NCBI GenBank assembly: GCA_009859145.1 | Contig: VRVR01000059.1 | Span: 67,204-114,142, forward strand | Source: Andalucia godoyi And28 | Lineage: Eukaryota > Protista > Jakobida | Direction: 5' to 3' | DNA length: 46,939 bases | Shown here: in pieces, positions 30,350-40,912 of the stretch | Position numbering within the stretch: the first letter of the stretch is position 1 | How the letters are laid out: each line of letters begins with the position of its first letter | Notes under the pieces: generated by a model | Told to the model about the DNA's origin: nothing | Database searches by the model: none | Seen by the model: only the letters and a program-made list of their open reading frames with translations | Position numbers and translations under genes: made by a program

Positions 30350-32632
30350 ATGGCAAGCACAGAGTCGCACCAAATCTCCATTGCAGAGGCACTGTATGCG
30401 CAAGTGTATCCCGCTGAAACAGCACATGAAGCCGCACGACTGCTGTTTCTTGGATCGCCGATTGTGTTTTCGTTGGTCGACAACGAGGCTCCTGTGTTTC
30501 GGCCGGGTACTGATCCTCTGCGTCCCGACATTTTCCAGACTTTACTTCAGTTGTCCAGTGCGCTTCAGTCTTTTGCTTTGCTGGAGCATTGTGTCGAGCG
30601 AACGTTTGTCATTCCTTCATTGCTCGGAGGATCTTTTTCAAAGTTCCGATCGCTTGTTTCTCACAGGATGCCGTTTTACTACCCAGGCCCAACCACTCAG
30701 TCGGGAAAGCAGGTCACAGATGTCATTCCGTTCCCAGTTGCAGAGGTTGTCGTTCATGATCCGGAATCTTCGGGCATCAGCTGGGATGCCGTTGAGCTGT
30801 TCTACTCGGAAATGAATCGACTTCATCTTTTGAAACCCTCTGTACTGGAGCATGCTGCAAACGTCCTCCTCATTGCAATGAATACAAATTCCTCGAATCT
30901 ACAGGAAAATTCGATTCGTTGCATTCTGATATTGCTATGCTCGCCGATTGCAATGCATCCGCAGTTTCACAGGACATTTTTGTTTCCGCTGTTGCAGATT
31001 CTTGGAGACAAGGTGTATTCTTCTTCACGACTACGCGAATGCTTGGTGCTGTGGTCACCGGCATTCGGACGGCAACGGTTTTCTCGATTCGTCGACATCG
31101 TCCAACAGTTTCTCACAGTTCGTTGGCTCCTGCATGGGTTCACGGACGAGGCTGTACACTGTTCTGTTCGAGCACTGGCGGTTTTGGAGAGATGCAACAC
31201 AATTGGATCAGCGTTAGCACAGGCGTCCGGTATTCTTCCTGCATTTCCGTCGGCTGTGGCTGACGAGTCTTCGAACCCCCATGGTACGCATGGGACATTT
31301 TTGCCTGTTTCGGCGTTCTATAACGATGCCGTCAACCGCATGGATTTTGAAGGATTGTTCATTCAGTATTCGAGATGGCTGTCCACGCTGAGCAAGAAAT
31401 CGGGACCTGCACCTGTTGAAACACTGATTCAAAGTCAGTTTTCCGTCTGCGAATATCCTTTTGTTCTGGATCCAGCGATAAAGAGCAAGATTATCCAAAT
31501 CGAAAGCGCCAAGATGCAGCGTGACTTTGCGCAAGAAGCATTTGTGCGACAGGCCCTATTTGCAGAGGCCACATTCCCGGTGTTTGTGCTTCATGTGAAT
31601 CGCTCCAAACTTGTGCAGTCGACCCTCTCGGAACTCGCGACTGCATCACAATCCGATTTTAAGAAGCCTTTGAAGGTGAAGTTTGCTGGAGAAGAAGGAG
31701 TGGACGAAGGCGGTGTGCGGAAAGAATTCTTTCAGATCATTGTTCGAGAGGTCTTTGATCCTGCGTTTGGGATGTTTGAGTACAGCGAGCAGCAACGGTC
31801 GTTTTGGTTCTCGCGAACAAGTGTTGGTGGGTTGGATGAATTTCAGTTTGTGGGAATCATTCTTGGCCTTGCGTTGTACAATTCCATTATCCTGGATGTG
31901 CATTTCCCGCAAGTCTTGTACAAGAAACTTCTTTCCGAAACTCCAGTCCTGTCGGATCTTGTTGGTCTAGACCCTGTATTGTACCACTCGCTTGTGCAGA
32001 TGCTCGAGTATGAAGGAGACGATTTCGAGTCCATATTTATGAATGATTTCTCCGTGTTGGAAGATTACTACGGCGAGAAGCGGACAGTGGAACTGAAGCC
32101 CAATGGTACTCAGGTTCAGGTTTCCAAGGATAATCGCGAAGAATACGTCAACTTGTTGGTCAGGTATTTGCTGGTGGACTCTGTTGCGCAACAGTTCAAC
32201 GCTTTCCGTCAGGGATTCCTTGCCGTCGCTGGTGGATATGGATTGCAGCTGTTGCGAGCAGAAGAATTAGAGATGCTTCTGTGCGGTTCTCCTGATTTGG
32301 ATTTCAAGGCTCTTGAGCAGAACACTCGTTACGAAGACGGATACTCGGCGGAATCGCGAATCATCCGCGAATTTTGGGAGATTGTTCATCAATGGTCACA
32401 AGCAGATAAGAAGCGACTGCTGTTTTTCGTGACCGGATCCGATCGAGTTCCCATCAAAGGTTTGGGAAACTTGTTGTTTATCATCTCACGAAATGGCCCA
32501 GATTCAGACCGGTTGCCTACTTCTCATACGTGTTTCAATCATTTGTTGCTGCCAGAATACAGCTCTCGTGAAAAACTGGAGAGTATGCTCCTGACGGCGA
32601 TCAAGAATTCGGAAGGCTTTGGTCTCATGTAG
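30350..32632 (+). CDS. HECT E3 ubiquitin ligase (UBE3A/HERC/HECTD2-like, no RCC1 repeats), 760 aa
   Basis: YPFVLDPAIKSKII, KKPLKVKFAGEEGVDEGGVRKEFF, FVTGSDRVP, catalytic LPTSHTCFN and terminal NSEGFGLM. Confidence 0.95.
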   Translation: MASTESHQISIAEALYAQVYPAETAHEAARLLFLGSPIVFSLVDNEAPVFRPGTDPLRPDIFQTLLQLSSALQSFALLEHCVERTFVIPSLLGGSFSKFRSLVSHRMPFYYPGPTTQSGKQVTDVIPFPVAEVVVHDPESSGISWDAVELFYSEMNRLHLLKPSVLEHAANVLLIAMNTNSSNLQENSIRCILILLCSPIAMHPQFHRTFLFPLLQILGDKVYSSSRLRECLVLWSPAFGRQRFSRFVDIVQQFLTVRWLLHGFTDEAVHCSVRALAVLERCNTIGSALAQASGILPAFPSAVADESSNPHGTHGTFLPVSAFYNDAVNRMDFEGLFIQYSRWLSTLSKKSGPAPVETLIQSQFSVCEYPFVLDPAIKSKIIQIESAKMQRDFAQEAFVRQALFAEATFPVFVLHVNRSKLVQSTLSELATASQSDFKKPLKVKFAGEEGVDEGGVRKEFFQIIVREVFDPAFGMFEYSEQQRSFWFSRTSVGGLDEFQFVGIILGLALYNSIILDVHFPQVLYKKLLSETPVLSDLVGLDPVLYHSLVQMLEYEGDDFESIFMNDFSVLEDYYGEKRTVELKPNGTQVQVSKDNREEYVNLLVRYLLVDSVAQQFNAFRQGFLAVAGGYGLQLLRAEELEMLLCGSPDLDFKALEQNTRYEDGYSAESRIIREFWEIVHQWSQADKKRLLFFVTGSDRVPIKGLGNLLFIISRNGPDSDRLPTSHTCFNHLLLPEYSSREKLESMLLTAIKNSEGFGLM

Positions 32633-32885
32633 TAATTTTAAAAAAAAAAACAAAACACGAAAAGAAAAGAAAAACAGGGGAACGGAAAAGAGTGTGTTGG
32701 ACAATTGAATTCAAACACCCGACTCGCAGTTTCATAGCACATTTCCCGGGGCCATTACGCTGCCTGCTGCGATTGAGGACGTGACAGCATGCCGTTTTGA
32801 ATCCTTGCGGTGTCCTTCCTCCACTGTATGTCGGGAAACGAAAAGTTACCTTGCCGTCGCATATATGTGTGTATGTTCGGATGCA

Positions 32886-35800
32886 CTAAAATGCGGGTTC
32901 GAAAACCGTGGTCTGCCACTGAATTCCAATACTTGCCGATAGTCTGCGCAGTTTTGCGATGGACGTCTTCTGAAATGCAAACCACAGAAGGAACCGCTTG
33001 CTGCGGGGATGCGATACCGCATCGTAGATCGTCAGTGACATGAACGAACTTTCGGCAACACCTGGGTTCGGTAGCCAGTCCTGAAAGCAAATCTGTCCGG
33101 GATAATCCCATACGGCACCAACGACGCATTTTGTAGAATCGAGGAGTCTCCAGCACCGACCAACGGGCTTTCTCGTGTCTGGCAGTGCGTGAACATTGAA
33201 GTCGAAACCAGAAGCGAGAAGCTTGCTTATCAAGACGTTCATCGATTCCGAAGAGGACACCGCCATCAGTAGGAAACTCTGGCATACTGTTCCGTACAGT
33301 ACTCCGCTTCCCCACCCACTCCACGTGCCCGCGTTCCGCTGCTTGTCGACGAGCGTCCCTTTTTCGAGTGAGGCAACACATTCGAGTTGGATCTTTCCAG
33401 GGCGTTCTTCCAGCGCAGCACAGAGGACGGGGCCGCAAAATATATCAATATGCCGCACCGGTAACACATCTGCAGTATCCAGCAGCGATCCCACCCTTCT
33501 TCGACCGCTTGTAGGACCTTCGGATGGTGTAGTCCGTTGCCGCTTGAAAAGTTGCGAGGCTTCCAGCCGGGCCTGATATTCGTTCCCAAACACAAAATCC
33601 ACGGCTTCTTTTGGCGAACAGGTATATGTTTCGATGAGAATCTTGGTCATTGCCATTGCAAACTGCGTGAAAGTCAGGCACAGTGCAACTCTGACCTTGA
33701 GCGTCGATCCTACTTTCTGCAGTTTTGCAAACTCTTCGAAAACACGTTTCCGAGACTTTGCATTCGCTGCCGCTACCCGAGGATCAGTATCATCCTCATT
33801 TTCCTCTTCCCTCTCGTCCACCTTTCCACCACCGTCTTCTTGCACTTGCACTTGTCCTGATAGTTGTCCTGATACATGTTCTCGTTCTCCACCTCGATCA
33901 GTTTCTGCGGGCTCCGATCTTTTCAGAGGCGGCTGCGGCTCGACGAGCATGATTCGGAGATAGTCCAGAACGCCTTCCCAAGCTGGCAACTCCATGTAGT
34001 GGACATTGTACATGTCTTGTTTGCTGCAGTACCTGTGAAAGAGTCTTTTCATGTGCGCGAGATGCTGGCCGACGATTTGCAGCGGCGGAGGTTCATCTCG
34101 GTATGCAAACGGCACTGCGTTTCCGTACGTTCGATTATCATTCGATGCATCCGCCAACACGTCGGCTTCATACGAGAGCTCCAGTCGAATTTCTGAGATT
34201 GCAGAAGCCAGAATGGGTGCTGCGGTCCTCACAGCAGGCTCCACCAAGACGACCAGGACACGATCCGGCGGATGGGCAGGCAACACAATCGTTGCCTCCG
34301 TCGACGACGCAACCGTCTGGGCCGGAGCATACAGAACAACCTGGAATTCATCATCATCGTCGTCGTCAACTTGTTGTCGTGGCACTTCCACTGCCACTGC
34401 TCCCTGTGACTGTGTCCGCTTCCCTTTTTGGGTGCTTTTTGGCAGTCCTCGGAGCCGAATTGTGAAATCTGCGCTGGATCCGGTGTCAAAGTCCTTTCCC
34501 ATCACGCGAATTGCGAGTTTTCCACTGCATGGACCACGACTGGGCTCAAGTGCCATGAGAGTTGGAACCATAGACGAACCGCGTCTTGGATCCAGCCTTT
34601 CCTGGTACATGCTCGTTCCGATGGCACCCGACAAGCCCGGTTTCTGTACATAGGTTTCATTCATCCATTGAATCATGCAGTCGACGCAATCCAGAATGGT
34701 TGCATTTCCCTGGCTCATTCGCTCACATCGAAACTCTTTGTCCACGAATTTTCCCGCATGTTCTTCCTGTTGGTCTTCCTGTTGTTCTTGCAGATGATGT
34801 TCGTGGTCAACCACCGTGATGGTAACAGGCGGGCGATTGGAAAGTGGGTGTAAGAAAAGTGGCTGTGAAAATGCGTGCTCTGCAACGCGCACCAAGCATT
34901 GCACAAACGCGTCTGGATCCAGTTCTAACAACGTCTCGTCATTGTCATGTTCATCATTGTCCTCTATCTCTTCTTCTTCTTCTTCTTCTTCTTCCTGCTC
35001 CTGCTCCTGCTCCTGCTCCTCCTCATCACCACCCTCTTCTTTTGGATCGTCATGCTCTTTATCATCGTCTTGTCCCTCCTCTGTTTTGGTTTCGTCATTT
35101 TCTGCGTGATCGTTTTGAGCATTCTCTGCAACGAGTCGATTGTACATGTTTGTATCATAGAAACACTGGGCGATCTGCGCCTTGCAAACGAGCTTTGGGC
35201 AGATCTGGAAATCCAGTGCAAAGATCATAAACTCTCCCAGCGACACCACCGAGTCCATTCGAAGCACTTCCTGCCAACTGACCGGTCCGTCTGGCTCATC
35301 CAGCGACGCATAGTGCTCATTGATCTTTTTCACGCTTCTTCGAAAGCCATCCATCTTGTCTCTTACTTTTGTGCCCCACATTCCACCCTCCTCTTCCTCC
35401 TGTTTTCCTTTCCTGCTACGCTCTCCCTGTTGCAATAATTGAGCAGAGCGGACGGATGCGCATGCTGGAGTCACGCAGAATCCAAACGGCAGAAGATACG
35501 TGCGCAAGAACCATTTCCATGCCTTCGCAGCATCCGTCGTGTGTTTCGCCATGCGCATCGCCGCCATTCGACACGCTCGAACCCACAGAGGCTGCGCCAG
35601 CGTCCACGTCCTCGTCGGTCGGCCAGCAGTCGTAGTACTGCCGGGAGTTCCCGAAGCAGAGCCGCTTCGAGCAGCGCTTCTGGGCTTGGTTCCGGGTGGC
35701 GAAAGAACCTCGGCAATCTTGGCGACGGTTTCAGGAGCAAGAGCCAGCGGGGACGGCCCTGCTCGACCGATATGCAGCACGCGATAAAAGTACCACTCCA

Positions 35801-35942
35801 ACTCACGATGAGCATCCAGCATGCCAACAGCGTCACGAGTGTCGTCGTCGCAAACCGAGTACTGGTGGGTCAAACGGACATACATCGTCTGCAGCGCTTC
35901 CTCGACATCCCGTGCATCAGAAGGGACCCATATCGGTCTCAT
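32886..35942 (-). CDS. Large uncharacterised protein (1018 aa from first ATG) with helical EF-hand/p25-alpha-like repeats and one IPT/TIG-like segment
   Basis: Uninterrupted 3-kb ORF with an acidic poly-E tract. Segments FMIFALDFQICPKL...AQCF, LDPDAFVQCLVRVAEHAF, RLFHRYCS...YMELPAW and LTFTQFAMAM, plus LEPSRGPCSGKLAIRVMGKDF (IPT-like). The gene is well supported; the domain calls are tentative. Confidence 0.75.
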   Translation of the reverse strand: MRPIWVPSDARDVEEALQTMYVRLTHQYSVCDDDTRDAVGMLDAHRELEWYFYRVLHIGRAGPSPLALAPETVAKIAEVLSPPGTKPRSAARSGSASGTPGSTTTAGRPTRTWTLAQPLWVRACRMAAMRMAKHTTDAAKAWKWFLRTYLLPFGFCVTPACASVRSAQLLQQGERSRKGKQEEEEGGMWGTKVRDKMDGFRRSVKKINEHYASLDEPDGPVSWQEVLRMDSVVSLGEFMIFALDFQICPKLVCKAQIAQCFYDTNMYNRLVAENAQNDHAENDETKTEEGQDDDKEHDDPKEEGGDEEEQEQEQEQEEEEEEEEEIEDNDEHDNDETLLELDPDAFVQCLVRVAEHAFSQPLFLHPLSNRPPVTITVVDHEHHLQEQQEDQQEEHAGKFVDKEFRCERMSQGNATILDCVDCMIQWMNETYVQKPGLSGAIGTSMYQERLDPRRGSSMVPTLMALEPSRGPCSGKLAIRVMGKDFDTGSSADFTIRLRGLPKSTQKGKRTQSQGAVAVEVPRQQVDDDDDDEFQVVLYAPAQTVASSTEATIVLPAHPPDRVLVVLVEPAVRTAAPILASAISEIRLELSYEADVLADASNDNRTYGNAVPFAYRDEPPPLQIVGQHLAHMKRLFHRYCSKQDMYNVHYMELPAWEGVLDYLRIMLVEPQPPLKRSEPAETDRGGEREHVSGQLSGQVQVQEDGGGKVDEREEENEDDTDPRVAAANAKSRKRVFEEFAKLQKVGSTLKVRVALCLTFTQFAMAMTKILIETYTCSPKEAVDFVFGNEYQARLEASQLFKRQRTTPSEGPTSGRRRVGSLLDTADVLPVRHIDIFCGPVLCAALEERPGKIQLECVASLEKGTLVDKQRNAGTWSGWGSGVLYGTVCQSFLLMAVSSSESMNVLISKLLASGFDFNVHALPDTRKPVGRCWRLLDSTKCVVGAVWDYPGQICFQDWLPNPGVAESSFMSLTIYDAVSHPRSKRFLLWFAFQKTSIAKLRRLSASIGIQWQTTVFEPAF

Positions 35943-36086
35943 TCCATATTTTTCTTCTTTTAACAATTTAAATTAAAAAAAAAAAGGAAAAGAAAATGAA
36001 AACGCAGAAGCAAGCAGCCAGCTTATCTACGCCCTTCTGTAAATTGCGCAGTAACGCTCACCGTAGTTTTTGCAGGATTTGATGTT

Positions 36087-36956
36087 TTATGCCATGGCTC
36101 TACGGGTGGCTTCATAGGCCATCATTCCAGCGCCGTTGGCTACGACGGAGCGCAAACAGGCGGGAACAACGCCCCGAAAGAGTCCTCTGAGCCCTTGAGT
36201 CTGGAAAACCGCTCGAAAGCGCTGCGTTACAGTCGGCGGAGAAGTGGAATTGGGAGACTCGACGGTCTGGGCCTGGATGCGGGTCTTGATGACCTCGAGG
36301 GGCATGACGAGGAGCCACGCGGCAGTGGCTGCACCGCCGCCTGTGACGAAGCCGTTTACGAGCGGCGGGAGGTCTTTGCGGAGGTCTCGCGTGCCGTGGA
36401 TGATGGTGAAGAAGGAGCCGAGGAGGAGGCAGTTGCGCGCGACGGTGACGCCAAATCCCGAATAGAGCGACTGAAAATTGTATGTTTGATGTGTCTGACG
36501 TCGGACTTTTGCGAGTTCAATCGGCGATTCAAACACTGCGCGTGCCGATCCCGCCAAGGCCCCGCCCAAGAAACAGTCATACCACATCAGCGGTCGGCTT
36601 TCGGAACTCACACGGGCCACCACCGCCGCATACACACTAAATTGGACACTCCGCAGCAGTCCCGCACCCAAAGCAGGCGGAACCACTCCGCGATACAGCC
36701 CAACGACCCCTTCGCTCCGCAGCGTCTCCCGCGCGACCTGCACCAGCGTCGGACTTTTCATCGCCTTCAATCCACCTCCCCCAGAAACCCTATTTCCCGC
36801 TCCACACTCACCATCACCAACACCAGCACCAACCCGACTCCCGCTCGACGCTTGCATCTTGGTCTTGATCGTGTCCAACGGCTGTCCAACAAGCACCGCC
36901 GTAATCCCTGATGCCCATCCACTCACAAACCCCACAATCGGAGACTCATTGTTCAT
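36087..36956 (-). CDS. Mitochondrial carrier (SLC25), carnitine/basic-amino-acid carrier-like, 289 aa
   Basis: Three PX[DE]XX[KR]X[KR]XQ signatures (PLDTIKTKMQ, PIELAKVRRQ, PLEVIKTRIQ), plus GLYRGVVPP and GLFRGVVPACLRS. Confidence 0.93.
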   Translation of the reverse strand: MNNESPIVGFVSGWASGITAVLVGQPLDTIKTKMQASSGSRVGAGVGDGECGAGNRVSGGGGLKAMKSPTLVQVARETLRSEGVVGLYRGVVPPALGAGLLRSVQFSVYAAVVARVSSESRPLMWYDCFLGGALAGSARAVFESPIELAKVRRQTHQTYNFQSLYSGFGVTVARNCLLLGSFFTIIHGTRDLRKDLPPLVNGFVTGGGAATAAWLLVMPLEVIKTRIQAQTVESPNSTSPPTVTQRFRAVFQTQGLRGLFRGVVPACLRSVVANGAGMMAYEATRRAMA

Positions 36957-36979
36957 TCTCGTCCCTCTTCTCCTCTTTC

Positions 36980-36982
<3 letters not shown>

Positions 36983-37021
<39 letters not shown>

Positions 37022-37024
37022 CAC
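36983..37024. repeat. (AC)n microsatellite, about 21 units with one interruption
   Basis: Read directly; just upstream of the carrier ATG. Confidence 0.95.
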
Positions 37025-37408
37025 AAATAATAATAAACAAACAAACAAGCAACGCAACGAACGTTCAATAAATTTTCACCGTCCGCCTGCTTAATACCGG
37101 CTTGCAGTCACTGCTCACAACAACAATAATGATAGTAATAAACCAATAGAAAAAACGCAAGAAGCACCACACCCAAATTTCGGATCGAAGACACTCGGGT
37201 ATATGGCAAACTGGGGAAGGAGGGCTTACAGCCGGCCGACGTCATCAATTCGTTGTTCGTTCGACATTTCCCCCCAGCGACTGATTGGAGAACACCGCTG
37301 AACAGGCGACCTGCGTTTGGTCGTGAATGGTTTGTTTACATGAATTAAAGTGGCAATACGCCAGCCACAGTGGTAGGCTAATCGTGAGAGGGAAAAAAAG
37401 ACGATTTG

Positions 37409-38146
37409 CTAGTCGGCGTTGAGCAGAGAATGAATCGATGACGCAGACGAGGTTGTCGATGTCGTGGAGGATGTGGAGGATGCAGAAGAAGACGTGGTGG
37501 TGACGCTCGAGCTAGAGTGAACGGATGGCGAGTCGAGGATGGAGAGCGCATCGGTAGGAAGGTGCAGCATTGCGGTGAGTTTCTGGACTTTCCGCGCGAG
37601 TCCGTTTGCCTTGTCGGTCTGATGGCGGACCCATTCTCCAGATCGGAGCATCTTGTTTTCCGTTTCAAGCGCAACGACCCGTTCTCGCCATACTCTTTCT
37701 TTTTCTGCCCATTCCTCGCGGTCCCGCCGTGCCGCATCTTCCAAGTCCCGGATCCGGGATTCAAGCTCCTCGTGCAAGTCGCGTTTGCGGCTCCGCGACC
37801 TCTGCGCAGCCACTCGGTTCCGCTCCCGTCTCGCTTCATGTCGCTTCTCACGCTCCGCAGCCTCCATCGCTCGCGCAGACTCCACCAAATGCGTCGACGC
37901 CGACGATTGTGTTTGTTGCAACTGTGGTTGCATCACGAGCGACTGCGCAGGCGTTGGATACCGCATTGTCATCCACGTCGACGACGGCGATGATGGATGT
38001 CCCACAGCTGTCATAGCGGGCGTAGAACACGCATGAGACGGGGGTCGTAGATACGAGTGCGCAGGGTGTGCAGTGTGAGGTGGGTGTGATGAGTGTGCAG
38101 GATGTGATGGAGTGACAGATGCATAGCTCGGGAGTCGCAGCATCAT
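37409..38146 (-). CDS. bZIP transcription factor, 245 aa
   Basis: Basic region RRERNRVAAQRSRSRKR (N-x7-R/K consensus) followed by zipper LHEELESRIRDLE...LETENKMLR. His/Pro/Ser-rich N-terminus and Ser/Thr-rich C-terminus. The ORF-track start at 38155 is GTG. Confidence 0.92.
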   Translation of the reverse strand: MMLRLPSYASVTPSHPAHSSHPPHTAHPAHSYLRPPSHACSTPAMTAVGHPSSPSSTWMTMRYPTPAQSLVMQPQLQQTQSSASTHLVESARAMEAAEREKRHEARRERNRVAAQRSRSRKRDLHEELESRIRDLEDAARRDREEWAEKERVWRERVVALETENKMLRSGEWVRHQTDKANGLARKVQKLTAMLHLPTDALSILDSPSVHSSSSVTTTSSSASSTSSTTSTTSSASSIHSLLNAD

Positions 38147-38584
38147 TCTCGACACTCACTCTCTCACACACACACTCGCTGCTTCTATGTGTCTTATTTT
38201 CCGGATATGATGACAATGACAATGATGATGATGGGGATGGGGATGATGATGATGAGGGGGAGGGGGGATGAGGGATGGAGATGGGCGTGGATGATCGGCA
38301 AGGTGTGGGGACGCTTGGAGGGAACGAAAGCCGGGGGGAAATAAAAGGGGAAAACAGTGCAGAGCAACACAGAAAATCAAAGGAACGAAAACGAATGGGA
38401 AATTCAAACGACGCGGATAGAAAGAGTCGAAACGGAGATTATCGGGGCAAACAGAAGCACGCGAACCAGAGGCTGACGGAGTTCCGGCGGAGGTGGTCCG
38501 ACAAGGATTCCCGAACAGGAAAGTTGAAGTGGATGACGAGGAAGCAAGCAGCGGTGCAATAGCACAAACGTGTCGGAGCAATCA

Positions 38585-38701
38585 TGACGTCACTTTCTTC
38601 CCGCACAGCTTTACCCTTTTCCTCGTTGCATCTTTTGCTCCGACAAGCACAGAAAAAAACCTCCATTGCGGACCACGCCGCAGCAGCTTCCACTGACGTC
38701 A
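38585..38701. promoter_or_regulatory. Pair of perfect CRE palindromes TGACGTCA (38585-38592 and 38694-38701) upstream of the bZIP gene
   Basis: Both copies are read directly and both extend to TGACGTCACT. They lie 439 and 548 bp upstream of the bZIP ATG. Confidence 0.6.
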
Positions 38702-38935
38702 CTCACCGCTTGCTCTTTTCCTTTTTCGGCGGGAGCGTTCTCTCCTTTCGCGCATCTAACATTTGCACATCGCCTTTTGTTTCTTATTCTTATTATTAAT
38801 ATCCCTTTTTTTTACAGCCAGTACTTTTTTATTTTTATCTATGCCTAAATGAAGCCGAGGATGCCCGTTGTTCGGGCGAGAAACTGCAAGGAGGGCGCCG
38901 AGGGACCTTGGAGAAGACCGCTTGGTCACCACGAT

Positions 38936-40507
38936 CTAGATTTCCAAGGATCGTGTTGCGGCTCTCACGTCTCCAACAAACCTCCTTGCTCTCGCTCGTC
39001 GTTCGTCTCCCATCATGCGCAGCCGCATTCCCGGCTCCAGCGACGTCTTCTCTGCTCGCTTCATGTCATTTCCATTGTAGGCCTCTGGGGCACGCTCCGA
39101 CACACGCTCTGCGGTGCGGTTGGGGGGTGAGAGGGAGAAGAAGGAGTGGTTCCACTTACCATACGTTTGCATGGTGCGTGTCATTTGCTTGAGAACGACG
39201 GAGAGAAAGTCGATGTGCTGCCACATGACGGCTCCAAAAAACATCGCCCACACCGCCACATCAAACGCCTCTTCAAACTCCACCGTGTCCACGCCCCACA
39301 TGCTCTGGTTGGAGCTCATTTTCGCACTGTTGCTCTGGTAGACGTTGTAGAGGTTGCGGGAATATGTCGAGAGGCGAAAAAGGGCGTGGGCGGCAGGCCG
39401 GTTGAAAACAAGATCAAGAGCGAGGAGCGGCATCACGACAAGCATCCAGCAGCACGACAGAGTCATTGACGACAGTGAAAAAGAAGAAGATATGCGGACG
39501 ATCGGCAGTCGCAGCATGGAACAGACAGAAAGCACATTCGTGGCGTGTGCAAAGGTCAGCGTCAGCGTTGTCAGAAAGATAAAGGGACTCTGTATTCCGA
39601 TACGAGGGTTCAGAATTGTGTACAGGATGCTGGACAGTGCATGCACCGCAACGAGAACGAGCATCGTCAGCATTCCGCGACCGTGCCGCGTCTCACCCGT
39701 TTGCACGGTTGCTTGGATCGTCGACTGGTCCGCTGCTTGCTGGCGATGCGAAAGGACAGTGCGAATGTTGGAGACGAGAGATGCAATGGCAAACATGGCA
39801 GTCAGCGCCACCGACGCTATCAAGACCAAATATGACGAAATTATCGAAGAGGACGACGAAGAGGATGAGGATGAGGAGAAAGACGAGAGCGACCGCAGAA
39901 GGAAGAAAAGGGAAAGAAGAACAAGTCCTTCCGTGGGAGCGCTGACGGCTGCAAACTTCATCTTGTGCGTGTTTGCGTGTTCCCAGTGTGCACCAAAAAA
40001 CGCAGTCATTGCAAGAACCACGGTGATCGTCTGGGCCCAGCACACGATCTTGGGGGAAGTCAGCATCGTCTCCATCGACACCTCTGCGTACGCCTCTGAG
40101 TGGGGGTAAAGGGCGCTGCAAAAAAGGACAGCGAGGCAGCCAGTGGAAATGGCGTCGCATGCGTGATCCCAGAGCTCGCCCATTGGTGCTGCCGACTGCG
40201 TGGCTCTCGCGTGCTTGCCGTCGATTGCATCCAGGGTCTGGTACCCAAAGACCAGAAGCCCTGTCGCGGCGAAGAAGGGTCCATCGAGAACGGACATTGG
40301 CACAAAGGACAGTGCAAGATACGGCAGTAGAATACATGCAAGGCCGAGCGCAGTCAGCGTGTTCGGAGACACGGTGCGCGGAACAAGACGCGCAACCCAC
40401 GTCCAGTACGGCTGTAAAACCACGCGGCTCAGTGCAGAATGGTCCTCGGATACGTACCGGTGTTGCAGCACTTCCACCATCTCGGCATCACTCACATATT
40501 GAAACAT
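38936..40507 (-). CDS. EPT1: CDP-alcohol phosphatidyltransferase, choline/ethanolamine phosphotransferase (EPT1/CEPT1/AAPT family), 523 aa
   Basis: Signature DAIDGKHARATQSAAPMGELWDHACD, N-terminal HRYVSEDHSALSRVVLQPYW and PNTLT, and multiple transmembrane helices. Confidence 0.9.
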   Translation of the reverse strand: MFQYVSDAEMVEVLQHRYVSEDHSALSRVVLQPYWTWVARLVPRTVSPNTLTALGLACILLPYLALSFVPMSVLDGPFFAATGLLVFGYQTLDAIDGKHARATQSAAPMGELWDHACDAISTGCLAVLFCSALYPHSEAYAEVSMETMLTSPKIVCWAQTITVVLAMTAFFGAHWEHANTHKMKFAAVSAPTEGLVLLSLFFLLRSLSSFSSSSSSSSSSSIISSYLVLIASVALTAMFAIASLVSNIRTVLSHRQQAADQSTIQATVQTGETRHGRGMLTMLVLVAVHALSSILYTILNPRIGIQSPFIFLTTLTLTFAHATNVLSVCSMLRLPIVRISSSFSLSSMTLSCCWMLVVMPLLALDLVFNRPAAHALFRLSTYSRNLYNVYQSNSAKMSSNQSMWGVDTVEFEEAFDVAVWAMFFGAVMWQHIDFLSVVLKQMTRTMQTYGKWNHSFFSLSPPNRTAERVSERAPEAYNGNDMKRAEKTSLEPGMRLRMMGDERRARARRFVGDVRAATRSLEI

Positions 40508-40912
40508 TTCGGGGAAGGGGATTCTTTTTTTCCCCCCTTTAAAACAAAAGAAAAGAAGAGTAAAGTAACAGTATCGAGAAAAGGGGGTTGATTGGCTTCA
40601 AGGTCGAATACAAGTAAAGAGCAATTATTGTCCAGTTTCAAAACATGTTTCAGCTGAAAGCGAGGAGTGCGGCGGTAAGAAGGGGGGAGACGAAGGAGGA
40701 AGCGGTGTCTGTGGTTTTTTTGTTTTTGTTTTGTTGCTCAATAGGGAAAGGAGAGAGATATCCCCACTCCAAGGATTTTTGCGTGCATCAGTCTATGAAA
40801 AGCGAGCGTGTGTTGTGTTGTTGTGTGTCGCATCCTGTTCGACTGAAGTGCAACTTGAACCAACCTTCGTGCAGCTCTCCGTTATCTGTTCTTCTTTTTC
40901 CAACGTCGTCCC

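Noticed and set aside
4377-32632. Functional clustering of ubiquitin-proteasome genes (gankyrin, UBR, HECT) and of Golgi genes (GOS1, COPA, EPT1)
   Set aside because: These are large, common functional classes, the genes are interspersed with unrelated ones, and chance co-occurrence among about 20 genes is unremarkable.
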